In this document: one piece after another, positions 12,241 through 25,730 of the stretch
Layout of the letters: every line of letters starts with the position of its first letter
Position numbering within the stretch: position 1 is the first letter of the stretch
Source of the DNA: Eledone cirrhosa
Lineage: Eukaryota
Length of the DNA stretch: 64,000 nucleotides
Direction: 5' to 3'
NCBI GenBank assembly: GCA_964016885.1
Contig: OZ024743.1
Location: 151,218,001-151,282,000, forward strand
The notes under the pieces: generated by a model
Databases searched by the model: none
Told to the model about the DNA's origin: nothing
What the model saw: only the letters and a program-made list of their open reading frames with translations
Program-made: the position numbers and the translations under genes

Positions 12241-14739
12241 ACAAAGAATACCTGACTGGCAAACAAGGGGTTTCAAATGAGCAACAAAAGCTGAAAATAT
12301 TCTTTCAGATGTGGAAAACATGATGATTTCCTCAAGTTATGATTTGGACAGTGCAAAGCAGAGTTGAAAACCAGATTTGATAGTTTGTGTTTGTAACTTT
12401 TACTGAATTGTGGCATTTGCATTTATACTGAACACAATGATTTGTTATGGAACAACTGCTTTTCAAAATAACACTAAAGACATGGCCCGAACAGCATATA
12501 CATCACAGATATCTTACATGTACAGAGCAGTGTGTCCAATAATGTTAGCTTAGTAATGCCATTATATTGAGGATATAAAAAACCAAAAAAAAACCGCTTG
12601 TTGGTAATGGCTTATGAACTCTATCTTAAAAATAGACAAAGATAAAACAAAACACCATCAAAGCAGCACTAATCTAGTTTACTTTGTTTTCAAATTCTAC
12701 GTCTTACTAAAATATCGACAAGAAAATCAATTTCTAAGAAATAGCATTTCAAATATAAAAATAAAAATAAAATGAATACACAAAAATATGAATTTAAAGT
12801 TAGCAATTGTTAGTTTAAAGTATTTATGATGAGCTTAATGGTTTGTTTAAACGAATGGCTATACACAAATATTTGAAATCATGCAGGAAAGCAACAACAT
12901 AAAATGAAAGAACAAAAAGTAAAAATATACATATGGTATATACATATAATATACACATATATGTATTATGCACTGACATATTTCTCACATATATACACAT
13001 TATATAAACAAATGTACACAAAAACACACACACACACATATAAATATATACACACACATTATATAAACAAATGTATACACACACACACACACAGATATGT
13101 GAACACATTGATTTACATACAGTAAAAATAGAACACACAAATAGTTGCAAAGGTTTTATTAGACAACATAGGGAACAAGTAAAGCAAAAATTACTAACAA
13201 AAATAAATAAGAAAATATTAAACATTAATGCTAAATAAAGCAAAATATATATATTATATTCAGTGTCATCTGTGTAAATAAACCAGAGTAATATTCTTAT
13301 TTAATATTAAGCCAAAATAATAAACTACAATTAGGTTCAGCCATAGTTATAAAGAAAGCAACAAAGAAAATGCAATATTAGATAATAAATTTGATAATAG
13401 AATTATAAATTACTGCTTCAAGTTAAATATAAAAAGGAATTTAAATTCATACAGAATTATATTTGAATTTATATTTGAATAAGTTTCCACCAACAAAACA
13501 GAGAATAAATATTCTATAACTAATGACTATATTTCTTTTGAAATAGTGACACACGCATTTGGAAATTCAATATCAAATGTGTCTGGAAAAGATTAAAAAT
13601 TTTAATGGCAAAAAGACAATTCATGGAAAACCTTAATTCCTAACTATATAACCTTAATATACAAATAGTGTAGTGTTTAACTGAGTTTTAAAAATTGTTT
13701 TTATAGAAATTTGGCAAAATAATAGGCTTATAGAATTGTGAATTCTCAGAAATATAAAAAAAATAGATAATGTATGCAAATATATGCCAGAGAGATTATT
13801 AAAATATTTAATTTGTTACAGGATGAAGTCTTTATATGCTGATAAATATAACATAAATTTATGGAATATGGCTGAGAAAAGAAGGAACTTCATAGTAAAT
13901 AAAGAAATGGTTTAAGAATATGATTTAAAATTGAATCAAAATTGTAGAAAAGCTTCATTTAAATTAAATAATAAATTATATTTTGAAAGTAGTTAGATCA
14001 TTAAATCAACTAAGGTGCTACAAATGAGTGTACTGAAAATATTAATTGAAATAGCAATGGACATTAAAAACAAATGAAAGCAAGTATTTATAATTTCTTG
14101 TCTTTTGTTTCTTTCAGATATATGAAGAAAAGAAGTGAAATCTGCAACAAAACTTATTTAAATTCCAAACTAAGAGCAACTATCTGGAACAATCAAAAAT
14201 TTCGAATAGCTACATATTTTTTTTTATCAAATTTTCTCTTCAAATTTCTTCATACACTTTTTCAGAGTTAGTACAATTCAAATGCAGCACATGTTGCTAT
14301 TTACTCGAGGCTTAAGTAATTATTGATTGAATAAAAGATAGTTGTCAAATGTACAAATTGTAGTCATTTAAAAAAAATCTTATGTTGTTCTTGAAGCAAG
14401 ATTAATCTAACCAAGAACATTGCCGATAATGTTTATTTACTTACATTTTTTTTCAATTATTGAAATATAAAGGGTAATGTTTATGGAAGCATTATATATA
14501 ATGTAATAAAAATGGAAAATATCAAGATATAAATAAATAGCAGTGACTTAAGCTTCCTGCTGTCAAGAGCTCCCTCATCTCCAACAAAGAACTTTAAAAT
14601 GCAATACATCTTTCTTTATCTCCAGTACCATCCTCATAACAAAGCACCAAACCTAGTTCCATATTACTGAAAATTTCAATTGCATTTCCAAGAGCCAAAA
14701 TCTTCATAGCTCAATACCATTTTAACAATGATTTCAAAT

Positions 14740-14945
14740 TTTAAGCACATGGCCGACCATTTAAAGAGAGAAGAAGGGAACACTGATAACATCAACTTGG
14801 TTGTTTTTTTATTTTATTGACCACAGAAGTCTGAAAGGCGAAGTTGACCTTGTGGGATTTGAACTCAGAACATAGAGAGTTAAAACAAATAAAGAATTAT
14901 GTCTGACACACTAATGCTAATCTACTGCCATTGCCATCTTAATAA
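14740..14945 (-). mobile_element. SINE family A copy
   Basis: tgaaaggcgaagttgacc...ggatttgaactcagaa is the reverse complement of the family core and B-box. Confidence 0.7.
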
Positions 14946-15419
14946 TAGGAAAGGAAACCTTAAATAATGTAAATGTAGACATAGATATGTAAAAGGAGGG
15001 TAGGGTCACAGTTGGGCTGAATTTGATCACATGTATGTTTGATTAAGTTTAATCTGAAGCTAAACACCAACTGCACTTCTACCAACCTAAACTACTAAAA
15101 TGCAGCAAAAGTCTCCTTTCTTTTAAGAAGCCACTGAGGGCAATTTCTTTCAATTTTATTTATACATACGGTTACATGAAATGTTAAAACTCAGTAGGTT
15201 ACAAATACATGTGAGAATGAATGAGACAAAATTATATATATGGTTAAGGGATGTCATACAAAGAGGGCACTTGAATAAAATTTGTGTAAAAATATAATGG
15301 ACATATAATAAATATATAACTATAAAGCGATTAGATTGGCACCAATATTTGTTTAATATATATTGACCCAGGAAAGATGAAAGCTGTAGTTGGCCCTGGC
15401 AGGATTTGAGCTCAGAACA

Positions 15420-15718
15420 TAAAGTAAATATCAATATTATACATGGATTGATTTAGACTGTGTTTCTGACTAATTCCCCACCCTACTCCACTCAAAAAGT
15501 ATGTCAATGTGAGAAATTAACATTACTATTTTATTGCTATAGCAGACAAAATACTTGGCATTCTACAGATTTTGCAATTCTCCGCCCTTATCAATAAAAT
15601 AATAATACCAATTTCTCACATTGACACACGCTTTTGGGGTGGGGTGGGGTTCATTAGGAGGCAGGAACACAGTCTATTAAATTTAATCAATCCTAGTATA
15701 ATACTGATATTTACTTTA
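15420..15718. repeat. Local inverted repeat (arms 15420-15536 and 15592-15718, ~55-nt spacer) built from SINE sequence
   Basis: aaagtaaatatcaatattatac, tagactgtgtt and tgtcaatgtgagaaatt each reappear reverse-complemented and in mirrored order in the right arm. Confidence 0.85.
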
Positions 15719-15899
15719 CTGACACTAGAATGATGAAAGGCAAAATCAACCGAGAAATGTAAAGAGATCTAACTAAGTAATTAAATACCGCAAAGACATA
15801 TTGATTCTGTTATGCACCACATCAATGGTGATGATGATGACAGCAACAACAATAATAATTATTGTTGTTATTATTATTAGCATTATTATTACAAAGAGT

Positions 15900-16500
15900 G
15901 GGATCTATTGCAATTAGAAAATTATTGCAAATAGCTACTGTAGACTGCACAAATATCTAGTGGAGTATAAAAGCAAGTTAGTAAACTTCAAGAGAATGCA
16001 AATAAACAAACAAAACAAGATATGGTTTTCAACTTTTAAGAAGACTACCAGGTATAAAACAGAAGCTGAAACAATCAATAGATTCTCCATCCTCATCACA
16101 ACTATCAAAAAAAGAAAAAACTTCAAAGGCAATTTAAAGTGTAACTTCAAAATATCATAAGTTGTTGGCAAGAGAAACATCAACAGAGTCAATATTCAGA
16201 AATAATTAATAAAGTGGAGAAAGAAGAAAGAATTCAAGAGTGACTCAGACGATTGACAGTAAAAATCATGACTGAAAACAAATAAATGAGTACTTCTACA
16301 CAGTGCTTAATGTTTATACAAAATAGCAGCCACATCTCCCTCAAATCATATACCATCTTAAAACTGGAAGAAAACATTGGATAATGATGTTCTAGATACA
16401 CTATGCCTAGAAAAAATGGTGGGATTCTTATGGCTAGAACACCTTTAATTATATATCTGCTCAATGTGATTAACTTGGGATTGAACAACAAAAACAACAA
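15900..16500 (+). mobile_element. Highly degraded R4/Dong-like LINE pieces
   Basis: Remnant RYTMPRKNGG (thumb motif RLY..R..GGRG) near 16390-16425. Confidence 0.35.
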
Positions 16501-17829
16501 CAACTAGTACTGAAAAGTTAAGTTCTTATTCATTACACAAACATATGTTATCCACCAAAACTTCTCAAATCATAATAAAACGGAATATGAAATGTAACTG
16601 AATATGTGGTAATTGTGAAGAGACAAGCAATAATAGCCTTAGCTGAAATAGATGATGCATGACAGATTTGGAAGTTATATAGGTTGGAAACTCAGTGTGC
16701 AGTAGAAAGTCTCAGCAGAACAAAGGAGATAGAAGCAAAATCTACAAAATATCTCATAAAAATGGAAGATGTCAATTCCAGTTATAACAATATATCTTTA
16801 AAAGATATAAAGAAATTACTCAAACTAAAAATACATATATCCAAAATAAAAGGATTTGCAGTAATAATAACCCCCAATGGTTATAGCTGTACTAGGATTG
16901 ATAATAAAGAAATTCAGTCTATTATGTAACAAACATCTGCAGATTTTCAGATTTACAAAAATTACAAACAAAAACTACCCCCATGTGTACCTCTCACATA
17001 GAGAACTGTTAATACAATATTAAATATTAAATAAAACTGCACATACCCAAAGCTTTAAAGCTGTGTTTGATTATGCAATGGAAGCATGCAGTAATACTTA
17101 TGAAATGATAAAAACTATATGATGAAAACAAATGCAAGTTGAGAGCAGATAGAATCAGTAAAGCATCAGATAAATTAGTTTATGTCCTTAGTTTAGACCC
17201 CACTCAGGTCCATATTGCATTCATCTGTCTCCGAGTGATAAAAATAAGTACTATAGCGTAAATGATTATACCCTGGTACAATGACTGAAACCTGTAAAAA
17301 TATTACATAATGGTTATGTTAAGACTATTTGGGGGTCATAGTACTCCATGGAGAAGAATAACATAATTGCCTTTGTTTATTAGATAATCTTTTCTGTATA
17401 AAACATGAAGCATATATACTCATAGATATGTCAGTTTTCTTTCCTATAGAATGTATCAGGTATGAAAAGTTGCATGTGATCTATCTACGAAGCCTTGTTC
17501 TGGACATGAAATAATAAATAAATAATGAAGTCGATATATTACAAATATGCAAGTTGTTACTTTATGTGAGTTTACACGTAACTAAAAACATGCACGCAAG
17601 AAAATGTATCTATAAGATAAAAAATGCAAATATAGAACAAAAACAGGATAACAATTAGATAGTTTACACTTGTTCTGTTCTTGTTCAATTTATGTTCCAT
17701 ATTCAAATTTGATTGTCATTGATGACATCCAATGGCAGTCATATATTGTAAAATGTTTCAACAATGGTGCAACTAATGTCTTTCAATACACATTTTTCTA
17801 AGTTTAAAGCACTCACTCCACCCTTTACG

Positions 17830-18395
17830 GTGACAGTGTTGGGTGTCTTGAAAAAATCTCCCTGTACACATCATTGAGTGATTCATGTTAGGAAGAACAT
17901 CCAGCTATAGAAAACCAAGCCAAAAGCAGAATGTATGAGCAAGCCATGGTCATCTGACCAGTCTCACCACATAATATGACAGCCTGTTTAACCTACACAA
18001 GCGTGGAAAATAGACGTTGAACAGTGTTGATGAATATAATGAAATTGATTTTATAACGATATGTAGTAGGCACCTCTTAACCAAATATACATCCTAACTC
18101 ACTCCCCCTACTCCATCCTCCCACCGACACCACCCTTTCTCTGTAAAGTTATGTTGGTACCACAGAACATCCAGTCCACGCTGTAAAGTGGTCGTGTAGG
18201 AGACACGATAAAAAGGCTTCCAGTCCACACTGTAAATGCGGTTGGTATTAGGAAGGGCATCCAGCTGTAGAAAACCTGCAAGATACAGTCCTATATGAGC
18301 GAGACACAGTCACCCAATCAATCTTGCCTCAAGTGGGACAATTCCCGTCTAACCCATGCTAGTGTGGAAGATAGACGTTAAATGATGATGATGAT
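17830..18395 (+). mobile_element. Two SINE family B copies (ttaggaagggcatccagctgtagaaa core, (TGA)n tail; OR-like)
   Basis: Core motif at ~17888 and ~18248; 3' ccatgctagtgtggaa..tagacgttaaatgatgatgatg tail. Confidence 0.8.
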
Positions 18396-19049
18396 GTAGT
18401 GTATTTGGTATTGAGTCTCCTTATGTCTTATATTCAGTCACGTATACACAGTTCAAAAGAAGCATTTTTTTTTAATGATGTTAATACAATATGTGTCTAC
18501 AGGCATAATTAAAATTCTAGATTATATACATGCAGTGAGCTCTACCACAATAGTAGGTACTTGAGACGATTTAATTGTAAAATCAACAAATAATGAAACT
18601 TTTTTTCTATTTACCTGAGAAACTTTATATCATAAAATTTATTCAATATAAATTTGTCTCGACTCAGTTATTGTTTTAGTTTTTTTTTCTACTGCCATTT
18701 TCCGAATCTTAATTTTTATTTTTATTGCATAGGATATAAAATACCTCTGCATCGATAAATAGTTAAATTTGTCGGAGGTGAACATTGTAGAAAACCATGC
18801 AGAAGTAATAGTTTCTGTGGAGCATGGATGTAGTAACACCAATTGGAAACTGAAAATTCTTGCACGCAAAAAAAAAAGTAGAATGAATCTTTATTTCAAC
18901 ATTTATTTACTTCTGCTCTTAGGCATGACAAGTATCACCCAGTCTGCTTAATTGGAATATTTGATGAATGAATCTATGAAGCCAGCTAAATTAAACAGAT
19001 ATCTTGATATTAAACATACTTCCTATGAAAGCAAATCTTATACTATTTT

Positions 19050-20966
19050 ATATTATTATCATTATTATTTCATTTGTCATGCAGTGTAGATGGAAAATGC
19101 ACCGGAGTCATCTATCAAGTCACAACAAGGAGGACCTCAGACAGATACAACTTTCCTTAAAATATGTGCAGTGCCTAGCAAGGCTGATTTTTGTATGACA
19201 CTCATTTTGCATGGTATTCCCAACTGCTTCAAGAAGTCTTGGAGTTTCAATGTGATTGACCCTAATATCCTGATCATAACTGGTATCACTTTCACATTAA
19301 CCTCTTGCAGTCTCGCCATCTCCACTTTCAATTTGGAGTACTTGGTGATTTTTTTTTAACACCTTTACTTGCAATATTCATGTAATTTAGTATGGTTACG
19401 TCTATGATCTGGCAGTATTTGTCTTCTTGTTCAATATGACAATCTCTAGTCGGCGATGCTCAGTTACTCCAGTCTGAAAATCATAATCCCAACATATCAT
19501 TGCTTTCTCATACCAATTCTCAATTACTTCATATTGGTATTTATGGCATAAGACCCAATGAAGGTACAAACAGACTTTATCATGGTGATGCTTGTATACT
19601 TTTTGCACAAGGCTCTCACATCCACTTACCAAGTGGATTACATTTTTTTACTTTTTTATTTGCATTTCTTGGTGTCAGAGGTTTTCTAGATGTTATACTC
19701 CACCAAATTGGTAGCAAGAGCTTCGTCTTGTGCTGCAATTATGAGGCTTTCAGTAGTACACTTCAAATCGCCTTGCTTAAGCCATGCCCATCATCTTGTT
19801 TTATTCTTGATATCCTGTGTATTTCTTTCAAACTGCTTGTGCATTCTTATTTCCAGAAAATCTTTTCTCTTCTGTTCAACTCTTCCTTACCAGCCATTTT
19901 ATCTACATTTATACCCATATCTTCTGCTGCATATTGCAACATGTCTTCGCTCCTATTTACCAAATATTCTGCACATGTTCTCCTGTCACACCTTATACAA
20001 CAATCCACATTGATGAGACCTCTACTACTATTCTTTCTCTTCACGTACAATCTGTTTATATTTGCTTTAGGGTGTAAAGCTCCATACAATGTTAGTGTAA
20101 AGCTACGTACAATGTCATTATTATGAATTTGATACTTCAGTCAATGATGTTAATTAACCGGAAACATTGCCTGAATGAATATCAAGCCACTACCTGCAGC
20201 CTCAGATATTCAGGACATATTAGAGGGCCCTTGCTGTTCCTAGTAGGCATGACTTTTGAAGTGTTCCAAAAAAAGGGAGCTGGGCTGATGGTCTTTAGTC
20301 AGCCTTGGAAGCTCTTCGAGATAGTACCTTGTGGTCCTATGATGATAAGGATAATCTTGATCTCATGACAGTCCCAAGTCCTTTTCAGTTCCCACTTTAG
20401 ATCCTGGTACCAGTTAATTTTCTCCCTCTATTTTTCTTGCACTCTTGTGTCAAAGGGGCAAACTACATCTATAATCAAGCAAGATCATTTTTCCACCAAG
20501 TTAGTGTGTTCTAATTATTTAACCGTTTGTATCCTAAAATCCCACCACCCAATCATTTTCTATTATCGACTCTGGTTTATGGGGCAAATCAGTTTTCATA
20601 GATGCCAATGGATCATGTTTTCTAAGATATACCTCCATCCTTTATAATGAGTTTGACCTAGGTGTTTACATTAGGATATGACATAAACCAGTTTCCCTTC
20701 TCTCTCCATAGATCCTACAGAGTGAGCTACCTTCCTTCTTGTCAATATGGTGTTTCATCTACTTCATTCTAAGGGCTTGCTCTCATCTTCCCAATATGAG
20801 GTACAAGAGTTTGAGGGTAAGGACAAACAATAAGGGAGACAGACTATCTCCTTGGAAGATACCTCTCTTGATTATCACTCCTCCCAGTTCTTCATGCCTT
20901 TACTCCCAAGAATGAGGAACCATGTTGAATGCCTTCTTATAGTCTATCCATGCCATGGCAAGAACA
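19050..20966 (-). mobile_element. R4/Dong-clade RLE retrotransposon, truncated and internally deleted
   Basis: LAMAWIDYKKAF.MVPHSW (RT), LHPKANINRLYVKRK..RGL (thumb), YKHHHDKVCLYLHW, WDYDFQT, K..KY..L, IQKSALLGTAHILRKV (RLE C-terminus); (TTA)n at both borders, consistent with the TAA-repeat preference of Dong. Confidence 0.9.
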
Positions 20967-20984
20967 GATTATTATTATTATTTT

Positions 20985-21304
20985 AACATTAGGAAGGGCA
21001 TCCAGCTGTAGAGACCAAGCCAAAATCAGTTCTGTGTGAGCAAAACACAGTCCTCCGACATGGTTGTCTCACAACGGGATAGTACGTCCTACCCATGCTG
21101 GTGTGTGGCAGTATCGGTAGAGCAGACACCATGATAGAGTTATGGCATTTTATGTTCTGAGTTCAAATCCAGCCAAAGTTAGCTTTGCCTTTCATCCTTA
21201 CAGGGTCAATAAAATAAAATACCAGTAAGGCACTGGGTTGATTTAATCTACTTTCCCCTCCCCCCAATTTGCCAGCCTTGTGCTTAAATCAGAAACTATT
21301 ATTT
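20985..21304 (+). mobile_element. SINE family B 3' part (20985-21104) fused to a SINE family A copy (21105-21304)
   Basis: ttaggaagggcatccagctgtaga core followed by tggcagtatcggtagagc...gttcaaatcc...ctttgcctttcatcc. Confidence 0.8.
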
Positions 21305-21369
21305 AAAGTTTACTGACATTTAAAAAAAAAAAATTTTTTAAATTCAAACACTGGTTCAAGAAAAATATT

Positions 21370-22600
21370 TGAATCATACAAAGCCTAATACTTAATTACA
21401 AAAGCTAAGAAACCATACAGAATTGGTGAAGAACATTGCCAGAGGCATGTAGAATCACAGAAATTATCCACAGAGAGACCTCAGCAGATGAAATAAGAAA
21501 ACTTTCATTGCCAAATGATATGGATTGTAAAAGAATTGCAAAACTTAGCAGAAACCAAATTGTGCAACTTATTGAAAAAATTAAAGGAAGTAATAAGTTT
21601 CTGATTTCGTTGAACAAATCAACAAGCATTACAAATGCTGCTGAACTATTGGTATTTGTAAGGTAGCCATAAGCAGTGTTGTTAAGGTCCTATTGATTTG
21701 TTAATCATTAGATGGATGTACTAGTGAAGACACTTTCCTCATTCATTCATTGAGAAGTATTAGCTTAGCTAAGACAAATTTCAGGCCAAGTGCAGTCATA
21801 CAAAATGCAGTTATAATTATCAACTTCATTAAAAGTTTACATTAGGATATAGGATCCAAGTTCAGAAACACAGCATATAAAAATGCAATGACTGACAAAA
21901 GGATGAACTTTTGAGATGACTTAAAAACATATTAATGTTGTTTCAATCAAAATAATACAGCACTTTCACAATAAGAAATGGCTTTGCAAATCATGCTATT
22001 TAGTAGGTTTATTTGAGAAGTTTAGTGAACATTTTCACTTAGACAAGTAAAAGTAAATCATTCATGAAAAAAATAAACTTAAGGTAATATGCAGTACATA
22101 AGGCTAGACTTGACATGCTTTGATGTACTGATGATTTTGTCTAAAATTAATTTGACATTTAATTGAATTAAGCAGATCCCACTTAAGCATTTGGTATGTA
22201 TGGAAAAAGTTTTCTGCAAATATATTTTGACAGACATGGACAATTGTAAATTAGATTGGATCCAAATTTCATTCCTCATAGCAATGGAATAGGTGAGACA
22301 TCTTTTGACCATTCAAGAAGAATTTGGAAAGCTATCATGCAATTCAAGTCCCAAACTTTAATTTTCAAAAACAAACTTAACGTTTTGGCCAAATGTGAAA
22401 TTAGAATTTCCTTTACTGGATTAGGAATAGAAGCTTTCCTACCACATATTTATGTAAACCATCATTTTCAGCTACAGACATCATAAAAAATACTGATCAA
22501 GTATTATGAATATAGAAATTCCCTTAAAAAACATCCATGACTAATATCAAGCCAGAGTTTGATGTATTGTGCTGAAACACACATGCTAGTTTCACTGAAG
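21370..22600 (+). mobile_element. Decayed hAT transposase (Buster/Charlie, SCAND3/ZBED8-like)
   Basis: LSLPND...RIAKLS...QLIEKIKGSNKFLISLNKSTSITNAAELLVFVR corresponds to 'PLS.NT..RRI...FALQLDESTD....QLLVFVRY'; C-terminal FPTTYLC..SFS dimerisation motif near 22435-22470. Confidence 0.85.
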
Positions 22601-22999
22601 TTATTAATATATTTGTTGTTAGAAAAGACTATTATTTTTGCTTTAGCTTGTTAGTTGTAATTTTTTTTGTATAATATAATCATGCATGATTTCTAGTACA
22701 TTATTAACTATTGGATTTTATAACTAAAAGAGGGTTGCAAGAAATTTGTTTGTTAAAAAGGAACTGCGAAAAAAATTTAATAAACAATGTAGTAAACTTT
22801 CTGATATGCTTATCAACTACAATCACACCATAAAAGCAGAAATAAAACTTGCAAAACACAAAGACTGAGAAATGAATGTGACAAAAATACAAGGGAAGGG
22901 CCAGAAGAAACAGGTACTGAGCCTACTGTCTGCTTGATCAAATTAGATATCTGATGTGTTTCTTTCTGATGTGTTTCTTTCTGACAAGAATCATTAAAA

Positions 23000-23182
23000 A
23001 TAATTGTTTCTACTATTGGCACAAGACCACCAATTAACCAGTGCATTACTGGTACTTTATTTTATCGACCCCGTAAGGATGAAAGGCAAAGTTAACCTCA
23101 GCGGGATTTGAACTCAGAATGGCAAGGGCCGTAACTCCATGTGCCAAAGCATGGCATCCGACCCTCTACCGATACTGCCAAT
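23000..23182 (-). mobile_element. SINE family A, young subfamily
   Basis: Closely similar to 24742-24933 and the reverse complement of 53826-54013; CpGs retained. Confidence 0.9.
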
Positions 23183-23639
23183 TTTCTCTTTACATGAGAG
23201 GTTTAATTTTTATTAAATATTTTTAGGGGCTCTCAACAAATATATTATTCCTGTCTTAATTATATGCTCTTTATGCATCCTTAAGAACCATTTTGTAGGG
23301 TACAGTAGAATGTAAAGTAATGACTGAAGCTTGAAACTTTCCTTGGCAGACTCTTTATTGTTGAACTGTAAACAACATTATCTGAAGGAGATTACATTCC
23401 AATAAAATATTATCTTTAAAATAATACACCTAATAAAGATGATAGATGAATAGTGGACAAAGCAGATATGTATGCTAAATTTACGATGCTCAAAAATAAA
23501 TGAAAAGTGTCATAAATATTACCTTCTAGTATAATTGACCAGTTTATTTAGCTCTAGCACAGGTAATTTGCTCTGAAGAAAAGATGACTGTGTGTGTGTA
23601 ATCATCCCCATTTAAATATGTTTTCTTTCATGCTAACAT

Positions 23640-24740
23640 TGGTGTAAGGGTCTCAGAGTGTCATCATTTGTTGCTCCTCACTTCAATTGCCTTTCAATTG
23701 AATTTTACAAGCAAGTTAGTGGGGTTGCTATGGGCACTAAGATGATCCATTTATATCAATCTTTTTTTAGGCTACATTGAAGCAGACATTTTTGCCCAGT
23801 GTACTAGACCCACCCCAGAACTGTATGTTTACTATACTGACGATTTTATCAGTAACATTGCACTCACCAGACAACAAGCTGATATCTTTATCTCTTACAC
23901 AATCTCATTCCCCATTGCTCTGGAATCTAGTTGTACCATATCTGGCACCTTTGTCAGCTTACCAGATATCTCCAACACTATAGACAACCTCCACCTGTCC
24001 AATAAGGTTCACCAACTCTCACTCCTACTTCTACTATTCCTCCCCTTACACCAGAAACACCAGATTTGCTATCCAATTTGTTTATTTCCTCCAAAGTTGC
24101 TAATTACACAACATCGAATCAAACTTCAACTTCAAATTTGAAGAAATGCCATATTCCTTCTTCAGTCGAGGGTACCTGTGATAGGTTACAGATCTTTCAA
24201 TCTGGTGGGCCTAGATCATTATTAGTAACACTGCTTTCCTCCCCTCTACATGCTCACCTAAAAACTGGTTTTCCTTCACCTTTTTTCTGGTTACTTTTTC
24301 ATTGCAATGTATACTCCTCTGCAACTTCTAATTTCTACACTTATTCTCCTGTCTTTCTCCCCTCCCCATTAGAAGATATAGGAATCTGTGCAATCTTTTA
24401 GTTACAAGCTCTCTACTAGCACATAACCCAGTATAACCAAATAACTTCCAATGTGCTCACTACATATGCTACACTTGTCTCTACAACAACAAAAGAAACA
24501 CTAGCCATAAACCCTAATACCAAATATCGTAAAATCTCAGCTGCCCTTTTGCCAACATTATATACTGCATCACATGCAGACACTGAAGTGACCTATATTT
24601 TGTTAAAACAGGCCATTGTCAAGATGGCAACTTCTGCAAGCACCTTCTTATCATTCTTCAACACACTATGAGCTAACCTGCTGAATAACATTTCAATACA
24701 CTGGGGGTTTTCAAGGCAATATACTCCAGGAAATACAAAA
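23640..24740 (+). mobile_element. Degraded Penelope-like element (RT plus GIY-YIG endonuclease remnants)
   Basis: FYKQVSGVAMGTKM and a decayed Y.DD motif at ~23700-23845; NIIYCITC..Y remnant at ~24555-24610. Confidence 0.8.
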
Positions 24741-24741
24741 A

Positions 24742-24933
24742 ATAATTGTTTATATTTTTGGCACAAGGCCAGCAATTATCCCAGTGCATTACTGGTACTT
24801 TATTTTATTGACCCCATAAGGATGAAAGGCAAAGTTAACCATAGCAGGATTTGAACTCAGACCGTAAAGGGGCGTAACTCTATGCTGCAAAGCATGGCAT
24901 CCAACCCTCTACCGATACTGCCAATCCACTGTC
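24742..24933 (-). mobile_element. SINE family A, young subfamily
   Basis: Near-copy of 23000-23182. Confidence 0.9.
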
Positions 24934-25542
24934 CTAATGCAAAAAATAATGCATCATATTTGCCCACAAAGTAACTTTTTCCATAGGTTTGAGTAAATGT
25001 TTCTCTTCCTCTTTGTTTTAATCACCCACGAGATCATCTAACAGTTAATACCCTCCACTATGTTTTATCTTAATGGAAATAACCCTCTCATGACCACTGT
25101 GACTATGAATACAAAAAGTTATTAACTGAGACATTAGATAAAAAATAAATTAAAAGAAATGTTAATTAAAAACAAAATAATAAGCATAAATAATAATAAC
25201 CGCATTATACCATCAATGTTTAGGCTCTGAGCTGATAGAAGGTACAAATTATCTGGACTGGGTATATCACTAATTTATGAAATTAATACTTTGAATACAA
25301 ATCTCATTTCTGAGAACAGCTAATATCAAGATAAGTCTATTTTACTGTAATGAGAAATCATGTCAAATAAATATAGATGTGTGTCTATCATTCATATGTG
25401 TATGTGTAGCAATGTGTGAAAATGTTTTAGTCAGAAGCCTGATTTTATCATTTACGTGCATACAGAAATGTCTACCATATGCCGACTTTCCTGTCACAAA
25501 CTGACCAATATATCTTCCTTCCCATTCTAATCCTTCCCTTAA

Positions 25543-25730
25543 CCCTTTAGCATTTACATTACTGTGAAAATACAATAGTAAATATAGAGTAAACATTTTA
25601 TCTCACATAATATCGAATCTACAAGATTTTGATATTTATTTTGAGAACAATACCTTGACATAAGAATGAGCAACTGGTTACAGAAGTGAGAGAATTCTGG
25701 CCGGATATGGCCAGTTGAAATGCTAGAGGG
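25543..25730 (-). mobile_element. piggyBac-type MITE (family P2), 188 bp
   Basis: TTAA on both flanks; CCCTTTAGCATTT / AAATGCTAGAGGG TIRs; internal gagaattctggccgg and tttatctcacataatatcgaatc are reverse complements of the 10161 copy. Confidence 0.88.

Noticed and set aside
12824-13243. 139-aa hydrophobic ORF
   Set aside because: Degenerate (CA)/(TA) microsatellite translation.
17632-17689. Pre-miRNA-sized hairpin (gaacaaaaacaggataa / ttgttctgttcttgttc)
   Set aside because: Low-complexity arms, pairing relies on G-U on the strand antisense to the host gene, and no known miRNA seed was recognised.
19500-20126. 208-aa plus-strand ORF
   Set aside because: Antisense to the R4/Dong ORF remnant.
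22950-22984. 15-bp tandem duplication tctgatgtgtttctt
   Set aside because: Ordinary slippage duplication with no sign of function.
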